Shown here: one piece after another, positions 1 through 9,764 of the stretch
How positions within the stretch are numbered: the first letter of the stretch is position 1
Layout: each line of letters begins with the position of its first letter
NCBI GenBank assembly: GCA_965644315.1
Contig: CBFFRQ010000120.1
Span: 1-42,402, forward strand
Reading direction: 5' to 3'
DNA: 42,402 nucleotides
Source of the DNA: Caecitellus pseudoparvulus
Lineage: Eukaryota; Protista; Bigyra: Bicosoecida
The notes under the pieces: generated by a model
What the model saw: the letters and a program-made list of their open reading frames with translations, nothing else
The model's database searches: none
Told to the model about the DNA's origin: nothing
Translations under genes and position numbers: made by a program

Positions 1-3000
1 TGATTTCCGATGCAATGTTCACGCGATGGGCAGGCACGCGTGGCAGGTCAGGAACCACACCCCCGTCAAGTAGAAGCGTAAGGTGCTCCAGTGCTGCTGC
101 AACCTCACTTTGCGCAGTGCGGACCTTGGCCTTGAGAGCCTCTGGGCTGGTCACGAAGTAGTGTGCGGACATCAGGTGCTCCGTGTACTCGTGGGCGCCC
201 TGAAGGGACTGCACGAGGTTGTAGTGCCGGAGGACATTGTTGAAAGATGAAGCAAAGTCTTCCTGCGCGGCGTAGTAGGCGACGCTCAGGGTCAGCATTT
301 GCACCACCAAGGACGGAACCAGCACGACAAAAAAGCCACGTCGGGTAAAGTTTGAGCGAGCTACAGCTGCAGCGCTCACTGACTGCTGAGCGGAACCCGA
401 CGGCTGCAGACGCTTCCGGAAGCTGGACTGAGGGGGATGGACTTTGGCAACCACCTGCTGCATCTGCTGGGGGGCCTGAAGGAGCTCCAAGCCCTTGGCC
501 AACCCTCCTCGCTTCGACTGCTGCGCCTCTTCGAATGAAGTCTGGCTGTCTTCAATGCGAACGATGGACCCCACTGAACTCGACAAGTCAGCTGCTTGCT
601 CGTCATCAGAGCTTGTGCCTTTCTGCTGATCTTTGTGATGAAGGGTGTGGAGCGGAACAGAGCTGTGAGGGGGCAATGACGGGCGGCCTCGCTTGGCATC
701 CAGCTTCACTTGCGATCTTCCTGAGCTTTCACTGAGCCCTGGACGGGGCGTTGGCGACCCAGCTGGGTTCCCACTCTCGGTGATTGCTCGCCCGGTCCTG
801 GCATCATGGCCATCTGCCCAGCTGCCCGATGGGCGCTGGGTGGGAGCGGCCACCTCTTCACTGTGGAGTCGGCTGGGGGCCACCAAGGGGAGCAAGCCGG
901 GCGACTTGCGGTGGAATTGATCGACATCTGCATCAGCCCGCTCCGCTCCGGAAGGCAATCCTGACGCTTCCGTCCTGCTGCCGCTGTCGCAGAACGCGTC
1001 GTTCGGCATGCCCGACTTTCCCTGCAACAATGCTTGCGCGAGTACTTTGGCACTCTCCGCTGCACCAGCCAGGACATGGGAAGGCACGTCCTTCACCACT
1101 TGGATAGGGCTGGCAACTTGCCGGCTGAGTTGCCGCATGGCTGTGGCCATGCTTCCCCCGACGCACACGGCGAAGACAAAAACAATGCCCACGAAGCCAA
1201 GCGCAAGGAAGGCCAGCACTCGGGCTTGGAACAGTTCGCTGGCCTGGATGTACACTTTGAGCAACTCCAGCTGAGCTTGCACCGCACCTACGTGCAGATT
1301 CCGCCCAAGTTCGCGGCCTGCGTTGGACCCAGCCACACGCGAGCTACCTGCCTTTGCGTGCCCAACAAGCTGACGCAGGAGCTGAACCGTGGTCTCCCCG
1401 ACTTCGAATGGACTGAGAACCCGCACATCGGCGGATGTGTCCAGCACTGTCTGGGGTGACCTGGCATCAAGGAGAAGCCAAGGCACGACGCGCTGAGTGG
1501 GGTAACGCAGACGCCCTGCATCGAGCAGCGACATGAAGTCATCGTACATGCTTTGCTTCGTCACTTCATCACTCGGAAGTGACAGCCCGAGGGATGCAGC
1601 CTTCTCGGGGTCCCTTCCCTCTGCACCCACCAGGGTGTCCGTTTGGGAACGCAGGCTGCGACTTGCCATGTTCACACCACGTGTCCCATTCTCTGCGGCT
1701 GAGAGCAGCACGGGGAGCTCTGCTACATTGGAGCTGAAAGGCTCCAAGCACAAGCCTGCTTCGCACATGGCAAGGCGCTGTACGGAGTTTTGAGTCCACA
1801 GGCTGCTGTGAACGACCTGGCTTGCGGTCCACACGCTCTGACTCGTCCGCTTCACCACGTCTGCAGTGGCGGGGTATCCCCACAGCGCGAATCCAAACGT
1901 GCCTACCAGCAGCACCATGTTGACGAATGTCACAGCACCCATGATGATGCAGGTGTTCCAGCTCCAACGCGCACTCCTCTTGCACCCACACCACCGACTG
2001 CGCATGCCCTTCGCAGACAGCAAGTGCCCCAGGCCACCCACCACCTGTGCATGCGTCAGCTTGCCGTCATCCGCTGCACCCATCTCCACCAGGGCTGCAG
2101 CAGGGGAGGAGTCGTCCAGCTGCACCACCAGAGGCGCGGCCTCCTCACCATCAGTGTCCGGTGCAGCGGCAGAGGTGGTGCGGGAGTGCTTGGAGGTGAC
2201 GCTGGCGGAGCGAGCAGCAGGAGGCAGAGGCGAGGCCAGGGCTGAGCGGACTGCAGGGCTGTGTGGACTACTGCCTCCCGCTGCAGCGGAGCCGTCAAGC
2301 AGGACGCCACCACCGACACTGCTGGTGATGATTTGCAAGGACATGAGGTACTGCTGGGGTGCCCGGCGCCCCATGTGGGCCCACTGCAGAGGCTGCAAGT
2401 GCACCATGACACCTGTTTCACTGCCGTCCCGTGTGCGCAGTGTGGCCCGGACAGCTGGCAGGCTGCCAGTGCTGTGGCGTGCTGTGAGTGCGGCCTCCTG
2501 CAGGGCACTGCGGAGGGCGGCCTGTCCACCGTCAGCTCCGTGTGCAGGCAGCAGGAGCTGGCGCATGACAGTGACGGCTTCCGTAGCGAAGTCGTCGTGG
2601 TTGAGGTCGGTGTGGTACTGGAAGGACTCGCAGGCTGCCTCCACGACGAGGTCCTGCCACTTGCCGGCACGGCTGGCGCCCACAGGCACCATGCCTGGCT
2701 CATCGGTGGGGGGGGCGGGGCCGCCGGGCTGGAAGGCAGGCGCGGCAGCGTCAGTGCGCTGTGCCGCCTGTGCCTTGCGCTGGGGCTTGACCAGCACCAG
2801 AAGCGTGTCACGGGGCGTGATGGGGCGCAGGAGCATGTGCAGGCGTGAGGTGGCGGCATCCTGGAGGGAGCGTGGGAGGGCCTGTCCAGAGTGTTCCGTG
2901 AGGATGGCCATGATCTGCAGGGCGCGGCGACTGTCCTGCCAGCCCAGCCAGACCTGGAAGCGGCCCAGGCGCAGCTGCATGTGGCCAGGCGCCGCACGCG

Positions 3001-5464
3001 CCTCCTCTGCATCCCTGTCGACGCTGGCGAAGGTGTGGCGGATGGAGGCGGCGAAGTCGTCCCCGACACCCAGCGGGAACAGTGTGGGCAGGGTGGCAGC
3101 CAGGACATCCCGGCGGTCCCGCCCCAGCACCTCGCACGCTGCGGCCGAGCACTCCATGACCACCATGGTGCCGTCACGGTCCAGGTTGACGCTCAGTGTG
3201 GCATCTGCGCCGGTGATGTCAGGTGTGGCGTCCAGTGCGTTGCCGAGGCGCAGGCGGCCAGCGGACGCCGAGATGCTCTGCAGGGTCTCCTCGGCTGCTG
3301 TGAGTGCCCTGTCGGCTTTCTCCTGCAGCACAGTGCCCTCTGCCTGCATGCCCAGCACCTGACTGTGCAGCTGTGCACTGAGGCGCAGGAGCTGAGGGTG
3401 GGCCTGCTGCAGCTTGCGTGTGGTGCTGACGAGGTGTGTGGCGGCGCGGCAGTCAGCGACCCATGTGACGGCGAGGTCACGCACGACGCTGAGTGCGGCG
3501 CCCTTGTCCACCGCTGTCAGCACGGCAGCCTTGCTGGCGGCGGCCTTGCCCACGGCGCGCTGCAGGCGCAGGAGGGAGGCACGCAGGAGCTGGCGGTGCA
3601 GGGGCGTGGCGGTGACAGCCCGGCCCTTGCCGTGCCCTGTGCCGCTGTTGCTGCTGTGTGTGCTGCCTGTCGTGACGCTGCGTGCGTCGCCCATGGCGAT
3701 GGCGACGAATGTCTTGTTGAGGCGCGCGCCAGCTTCAGCTTCCCGTGCGCCGAGCTTGACGCGGATGGCCATGAGGAGGCGGAAGGCGACGAGGCGGCGG
3801 TCCAGCTCCAGCCTGCTGCTGGCGGTGAGGGCGGCGTGGATGTGGTGCAGGGCACGGTTGAGGCTCTGTGCTTGTGCGAAGACGCGCTCGGAGCCGGCCA
3901 AGTACACTTCGGCTGCGACGAGCTGGACGATGGCGTCGTTGGGCCAGCGTTTGGTGGCACGTGCCATGATGACGGCAGCGATGCGGAGCGCCCTGTGGAA
4001 GGGCGGCGTGTCGGCATCATCGGGGGGGGGCGCGATGCCAGCGGCGCTTTCGACGGCTGTGAGAGAGCGCATGGCGGGGTCTGCTTCCTCGCCGCCGCCG
4101 ACAATGCTGGTGGAGAGTTTGAGGACTTCAGTGGTGAGAGCGAGGGCTTTGGCTGGGGCATTCTGGGAAGTGGGCCGTGTCAGCAGCAACGATTCCCGGT
4201 AAGCTCGAATTCTGAAGGCGATGAATGTGCCAGCAAATGCGGCACCCGCGCCCGTCACAGTTGAAAAGGCATCAAGCGCCCCCGCCGCCCGGACATCGAT
4301 GCGGGCCACGACCAGCACAAGGTGGCCCACAGCTGTGATGGCGGCGGCGATGCGTGCCGCGCAGTCGACGAGCTCCACCTGTGTGCTTGTCTGCGTCGGC
4401 ACAGGGCAGGGGTGCATGGCGTGTGAGGAAGAAGTGCGGCGGAGAGGGGGAGACGCACTCGAGTGGACCATGCTGCGAGGCGTGCGGCAGCGGCACCAAT
4501 GAGGGCAGCAGTGGCGAGGGCGAGGTTTTCCACCGGTCTCGCTGAGTCTCCTTGATTGAAGTCGACAGAGAGTGTGGACAGCAAGAAGGTGCTGGCAGCC
4601 ACGAAGAGGACGTGCTCAGCAGCTTGAAGTCGGCCTGCGAGCAAACAGCAGCAAATTGTGTACAAGAGAGGTTCAGTGGGGGTGGCGCGGACCCTCGCGG
4701 TGGTGGCACTGGGCAGTCAGCTGGGTGTTTGCCAGCAGGGGTTGGGGTTGCACTCGAGCATCAAGGTTGCACGTACACGAAAGGATGGAAAGCGGGGAGC
4801 CGAGGATGGGGGCCATGAAGCCGATGTTCCCCAGTAACACAAAGATAAACACAGCGGCATTCCCAAGCCCGATGATGAGCTGGCCTGCCAGCAGTGCTGA
4901 CTCGGGCAGGGTGCTGGGGTTGGAGACGGCGCTGATGGGAATGATGAGGGCTCCAAACACCTCTGTCACAGTGCCCACAAACAGAAGCGCTGAAGAGGGC
5001 AAGAAGATGTTTTGGGCTACCAGGGCGTTGTGCTGCGTCTCAGGGCGCCTGTGAAGCCAGCGATGCAGGGGTGTTGGCGCAGCGTGCATCGGGGGCTGCG
5101 AGGTGGAGTTTGCGTACCGAAGGGCGAGGAGCGCGCAGAAGAACAAGGCGCCACTCAGGGCCAGCGCCAGCACCCAGAAGAACTCCAGGACGCCAGCACT
5201 CCTGTTCTCACGAACAAGGGGAAGGAGAGTGAGGAAGGACAGCGCACGCCCCAGGGGGGGCGTGCTGGCGCTGATGCCAGCCGAGGCAGCTGAGGTGAGC
5301 TCCACCAACGCGTGCACCTGCACTGCAGCAATGACGGCGGCCAAAGTCCGGAGCCAGCCCGGGACCAGGATCGGAAGGGCTGCTATCTTGTGTAAAAAGC
5401 CCTCCAACGTGTGTAGGACAGCAGGTGGAGCGTCAGCAGTGCCCGCACGCGACAGCGAAGCCAT
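1..5464 (-). CDS. Large multi-pass membrane protein with PAS domain(s), tiny-macrocysts TmcB/TmcC-like; 3'-partial (runs off left edge), >=1,728 aa. Exons 5464-5118, 5048-4777, 4634-4459, 4390-<1
   Basis: Starts at ATG 5464. Three GT-AG introns (5117-5049, 4776-4635, 4458-4391) join in consistent phases (2,1,0). The last exon stays open to base 1, so the ORF track shows only its antisense shadows (1866..3362+, 3414..4202+). The translation has N-terminal hydrophobic helices, a helical TPR-like region (ARATKRWPNDAIVQLVAAEVYL), a PAS-like segment (ATLSVNLDRDGTMVVMECSAAACEVLGRDRRDVLAATLPTLFP, ~3205-3070) and later TM helices (TCIIMGAVTFVNMVLLVGTFGFALW; VLAFLALGFVGIVFVFAVCVGG; GFFVVLVPSLVVQMLTLSVAYY). 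Family assignment is by architecture only. Confidence 0.7.
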
Positions 5465-5848
5465 GTTTGCGTTGGGCTGTGGGAGACAGCTGCCTCACCG
5501 CAATAGGTGCGGGCTTGTACCCGGGAAGGGTGGTTGGGACGAGCTCCTTGCAGCAGGATGGGGCAGGGCGCATCAAACACACTGGAGAGAGATGAAGAAG
5601 TCATGTAATGTTATTGAGAGTGCGGTTTTGTGCGCCAAGCGTGTACATGGAAGGGCTCGGGAAAGGGGGGGGTGCAGCGGCAAGCCTGCCTGCATGTGTG
5701 ACGTCACATGATGCCCGGCCAGCACGTACCTATTGGTCGGGCCCAGCCCTTGCGGCACTTCCTGGGGCTCCGCACGGGGCGAGCGCGGGAAAGTACATTG
5801 CTAGGCGTTTTCCTAGGTTGTAGCCCTCGTCCTTGCCAAGGTGTGGAC

Positions 5849-7093
5849 TCACGCAGCACGTGGGGACGGGTGCGTCTTGGAGAAGCGCAAGGCTTCCTCG
5901 GCGTCGGGCAGCGAGCCGCGGACGCCCGCTTGGGCAACCTCCGCGAGGCCCTTGCGCAGCAGGTACTCGTCATTGTAGATCGTGCTGCGGTACCTATCCC
6001 CTCCGTCGCAGAGAATGGTGACCACAGTGTGCCCTGGCCCTAGCTGGCGAGCTGTGAGGAAGGCGCCGACAACGTTCATGGCCGCCGCAGGCCCCACGAA
6101 GACGCCCTCTTGGGACAGCAGGAAGTGCGCCATTTGCACGGCGTCCTCATCCCTCACAGCCAGGGCGCTGGAGATGAGGGGCTGTGCCACGTCGAAGCCC
6201 AGCGTGTGCCTGCCCGTCCCGATGCCTTCCGTGATGGTGGAGCCTGGCAGAGCCCGGAATTGGCCTGTTTCCAGCAGCCCCTTCAGGCTCGAGCCGGGGG
6301 GATCCACCAGCACCATCTTCACGCCCGGCTTGGCTTCCGCGAAGAAGGCAGCCAGCCCGCCGATGGTGCCGCCTGTCCCGGAGGCCAGCGCGATGGCATC
6401 CAAGTCGCCGCCCGTCTGGGCAAGGATTTCCGGCCCCGTGCCGCCAAAGTGAGCCTGCCAGTTGGCGGCATTCTGGAACTGGTCCGTCCACACGGCGCCT
6501 GGCGTCTTGGCGGCGATGCGGCTGGCTTCGTGGTAGAAGTGCCGCGGGTCGGAGAATGGGACGGATGGGCACTCCACCAGCTCCGCGCCAAACAGGCGCA
6601 TGGAGGCTTTCTTCTCCTCGGTGATGCGGTCGGGCACAGTCAAAATGCAGCGATATCCCGCGCTGCGTGCCACGAGTGCAAGGGCCAGCCCCGTGTTCCC
6701 TCCAGTGCCCTCCACAATGATGCCTGCTGCTGCTCGGTCTTTTGTAGCCGGGTGCAGCTTTCCTGCTGCCTCAGCCGCTGCCACCATGCTCACAGCAGCA
6801 CGGTCCTTGACACTGCCTCCAGGATTCATGTACTCTGCCTTGCCAAGAATCCTGCACCCTGTCGCCGCTGAGAGGCTCCGCAGCTCTGTGTGTGGCGCGG
6901 CGTCGGAGTTTCACGTGAAACTCCGACAGCTCTCGCCGACGGAGCGAGACGCACCAATGAGTGGGGTGTTGCCCACTGCTCCGGCAAATGAGGTGGCCAC
7001 TGGGGGAGCTCCATATCCTCCATCTGCCAAGGCTGGGCACCCGATGGCTGCAGCAAGGCCAACAGCAGCTACTCCTGCTGTCCTGCGCAGCAT
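5849..7093 (-). CDS. cysK: Cysteine synthase / O-acetylserine sulfhydrylase-family PLP enzyme (fold type II), ~391 aa, possible N-terminal targeting/anchor peptide. Exons 7093-6955, 6885-5849
   Basis: The spliced translation is MLRRTAGVAAVGLAAAIG...AVGNTPLI/ELRSLSAATGCRILGKAEYMNPGGSVKDR (PLP lysine). Other motifs: EGTGGNTG, DQFQNAANWQAHFGGTGPEI, GTGGT, TEGIG and ILCDGGDRY. The intron 6954-6886 (GTGCGT...CACAG) restores the frame. Confidence 0.93.
6902..6927. repeat. Perfect 26-bp palindrome GTCGGAGTTTCACGTGAAACTCCGAC inside the cysteine synthase intron
   Basis: The sequence equals its own reverse complement (13-bp arms, no spacer). Confidence 0.95.
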
Positions 7094-7210
7094 GCTCGCT
7101 GAGTGCGGCAGAGGCAAGTCGAGGGACTCTCGGTGACCCGGCAGAGAAGCCCGTGAGCGTCACTGGAGCAAGCAAGTTCAAAATAAAGAGCTGGAATAAT
7201 AACTGGCGTT

Positions 7211-7216
7211 TTTATT
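7211..7216 (-). promoter_or_regulatory. Candidate AATAAA polyadenylation signal of ALKBH8
   Basis: Plus-strand tttatt reads AATAAA on minus, ~40 nt downstream of the ALKBH8 stop, inside a conspicuous AT-rich patch. Confidence 0.4.
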
Positions 7217-7254
7217 TTTGAAGCAGGCGTGGCGATGCGAATAGTGACTGCCAC

Positions 7255-9327
7255 TCAACCCATGCCTGGCAGGACGCTGTCTTTCACGCCCGTCACACAC
7301 CAGTTGCCCCGTTCCCACCACGCCTTGGTGACGGTGGCGCCAGGCGTCGCAGCCACAAGCTCTGCCAGCTCCCCCTCCACGTACACGTGGCAGTAGCGCT
7401 GGAACACCACCCTGTCCGCCTCGGCATCCACACTGCCACCCCAGGCCTCCGCCATGCCCGCCACTGGGGCCTCCTGGCCGGGCTCTGGGCGTGGACCTCC
7501 CGGAAAGGCAGGCGCTTGTGTCAAGTATGCGGTGCGGAACTTCCACGGCACCATGACGTCCTGGGCTTCGAAGGTGCGCTTGCTGTCAGCGCCCTGCTCC
7601 TTCGCCCACGCCTGAATCATGAACGTGCCGCCTGGGCGCAGCACACGCAAGACTTCAGCCACGGCAGCCGCCCGGCGCTCTGCTGTGGACAGGTGGTGTA
7701 GGACTGCGATGGAGACGGCGGCGTCAGCGGCGCCGCTGCGCAGCGGCACTGCCAAGCCGTCCGCCGTCAGCGCGTTCAGCCCGCGCTCCCCGCAAATTGC
7801 CGTCAGGCCGGTGCTGATGTCAGCGCCAATGCAGGCCAGCTGTCCAGGCGGGTCTGTGACTGTGGGCACCATGTACTTCCCATTCCCGCAGCCCAGATCG
7901 AAGACGAGGGAGTGAGGCGGCAGGCCCTGCAGAAAATCCCGCACTGACGGCCAGGGACTGTGGCGAGTGCCTGAGAAGTGCCGGGCGATGGCGTTGTACA
8001 GCTTGTGCACATGCTGTCGCTCGACATCTGGTCCCGTCGTGCCAGGGTCGGTGATGTCGGTTTCTGCAGCGCCTGGGGCGTCTGTACTGGCTGCCGCGCA
8101 GTGCACAGTGGCTGCTCCGCAGTCCACGTGGAACGCAGCAGAGCTGGCAGCCGGAGCAGGCGGCTGGCTTGCTACCACACGGTGTGCTTCAGGAGTGCTG
8201 GAAGTGCCATGCGCACTGGCAACTTGCGCCTTGAGGGCTGCTGAGAGCAGTACGTCGGGTGTGTCATCAACGGGGGCGCTGGGCGTCTCGATCACTCGGC
8301 GGAACGTGATGGAGACACGGTGCCGCCGCGGCTGCAGCACGCCATCAACGCAGTCTGTCTTGCGCTTTGTGATGCCATGGGTCCAGGCATACCGGGCACG
8401 GCCCGCGATGACCATGGCTGAGGCGGGCGGCAGCAAGAGCCCGACGCTGTCTGGGAGTGCTGACTCAGCCGGTGTGGCTCGGGGCAGTGTGCAGGGCACA
8501 TCGCTACAGTCGGAGCGCTCGAAGTTCATGACGATGGGCGCGCCCAGTGACAGTGAGACGACTGTGCTGTCGAACACCTTGGGGTTGTCTAGGTGCCCCG
8601 CAATGCCTTGCCCAGGGGCATACGCATTCACGGTGCACTGGTCCAGAGGGTGCGGAATGAGGCCTGTGGCCTGCAGGCGCTGTGCAAGTGAAGTGATGAA
8701 GGGGGGGATGGGTGTGGGCGTCGCTGTCCAGTCCACTGCGCGGCGTGCGTAGTCGAAGCAGTAGCCGTAGTGCACGACCCGCCGGGCGAGGTTCCCCGAG
8801 TCACCCGCCCGCTCGGCAGAAATGCACTGCAGCAGCTGGTCATGCTCTTCGGCAGAGATGAAGTCGTACAGCATGTGCATGCCCTGGATGGGTGGGTGCT
8901 GCTTGGACGGTACGTTGGGAGGGCGTGGGCAGCGTTTGCCGCCGACTGCATCAGCTGGCATGGCCTCTGCGTTGAGAAAACGCCCCGCCTGCCCCGCTAT
9001 GGGCGAGCGGTGCAATCGCACGGCCATGTCCTCAGCAGCCGACTCTTCCCCGGTGTACAGGATGAGCTCCCCACGGTGGGGCCTGAAGTGCAGGCGGGTC
9101 ACATGTGGGGCGCTGTCACCAGCGGCAGCCAGGACCGAGGCGAGAAAGGGCGCGACTGCCTCGTGGTCCCCCGCACCTTCGGAGCTGCAGGAAGCCACCA
9201 GTTCCCTGCATGCTTCGCCTGTCACCTCCATGCCAGACAGCCCCTTCGTCAGCTTCTTTTGCCACGCCACTCGCACAGCATGCTCGGGTGATGCGTGCGG
9301 AAATTGCTCCGCTGAATCGGCTGCCAT
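7255..9327 (-). CDS. ALKBH8: ALKBH8/TRM9-type tRNA wobble-uridine modification enzyme (degenerate RRM + AlkB 2OG-Fe(II) dioxygenase + Trm9-like SAM methyltransferase), ~690 aa, intronless
   Basis: AlkB motifs: RRVVHYGYCFDY, DQCTVNAYAPGQGIAGHLD (HxD), RYAWTHGI, RVSITFR. Methyltransferase motifs: ERQHVHKLYNAIARHFSGTRHSPW, DLGCGNGKY, SIAVLHHLSTAERR, QDVMVPW, RYCHVYVEGEL, WWERGNWCV. The first in-frame ATG is at 9327. Confidence 0.92.
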   Translation of the reverse strand: MAADSAEQFPHASPEHAVRVAWQKKLTKGLSGMEVTGEACRELVASCSSEGAGDHEAVAPFLASVLAAAGDSAPHVTRLHFRPHRGELILYTGEESAAEDMAVRLHRSPIAGQAGRFLNAEAMPADAVGGKRCPRPPNVPSKQHPPIQGMHMLYDFISAEEHDQLLQCISAERAGDSGNLARRVVHYGYCFDYARRAVDWTATPTPIPPFITSLAQRLQATGLIPHPLDQCTVNAYAPGQGIAGHLDNPKVFDSTVVSLSLGAPIVMNFERSDCSDVPCTLPRATPAESALPDSVGLLLPPASAMVIAGRARYAWTHGITKRKTDCVDGVLQPRRHRVSITFRRVIETPSAPVDDTPDVLLSAALKAQVASAHGTSSTPEAHRVVASQPPAPAASSAAFHVDCGAATVHCAAASTDAPGAAETDITDPGTTGPDVERQHVHKLYNAIARHFSGTRHSPWPSVRDFLQGLPPHSLVFDLGCGNGKYMVPTVTDPPGQLACIGADISTGLTAICGERGLNALTADGLAVPLRSGAADAAVSIAVLHHLSTAERRAAAVAEVLRVLRPGGTFMIQAWAKEQGADSKRTFEAQDVMVPWKFRTAYLTQAPAFPGGPRPEPGQEAPVAGMAEAWGGSVDAEADRVVFQRYCHVYVEGELAELVAATPGATVTKAWWERGNWCVTGVKDSVLPGMG

Positions 9328-9764
9328 TCTGCCCTGCGTGGGAGTGGGGAGTGAGAAAAGGCTGCAGACACGTGGAGCAGGGAAAGGGGTCACTATTCTT
9401 GCTTGGCTCCCCCACACTTCACGGCGCTAGCACCTCATTGGCCGGTGCCGGGCTTGGCAGCTTGAGGATTGTGTGCCAAAGTCTGGTTTTGGTTCACGGC
9501 TGCAGTTTGCGGTGGCCGATGCAGGGTGCATTGCCACCCGCCCTTCGACACTTCCCAATTCGACTGCTGACTCTTCCACGTCCAAGTGCTTCAACCCCAC
9601 CCCCTATCTCCTCTGCTCTCCAGTGCCGTGGCTGCTTGGTGTCTAGCGGCGTTTCGTCGGAGTGTGAAGCGGCAACACGCCGGCCAGCGAACGACAGCGT
9701 TGACTGTGCTTTGCGGCTGCAGAAGGTCCTGGCGCGCATCTTATTGTGGAAGACGTAGTGTGCC
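9328..9764. promoter_or_regulatory. Divergent (head-to-head) intergenic region, probable bidirectional promoter
   Basis: 437 nt lie between the ALKBH8 ATG (minus) and the SCCPDH-like ATG (plus). This is the only strand switch in the window. Confidence 0.5.

Noticed and set aside
1866-4264. Long plus-strand ORFs 1866..3362, 2891..4264 and 3414..4202
   Set aside because: They are antisense shadows of the minus-strand PAS membrane protein. High GC keeps the opposite frames open, and they show no protein motifs.
6902-6927. parS site as evidence for a bacterial chromosome or contamination
   Set aside because: It lies in a spliceosomal intron needed to restore the cysK frame, and nearly all neighbouring genes have introns.
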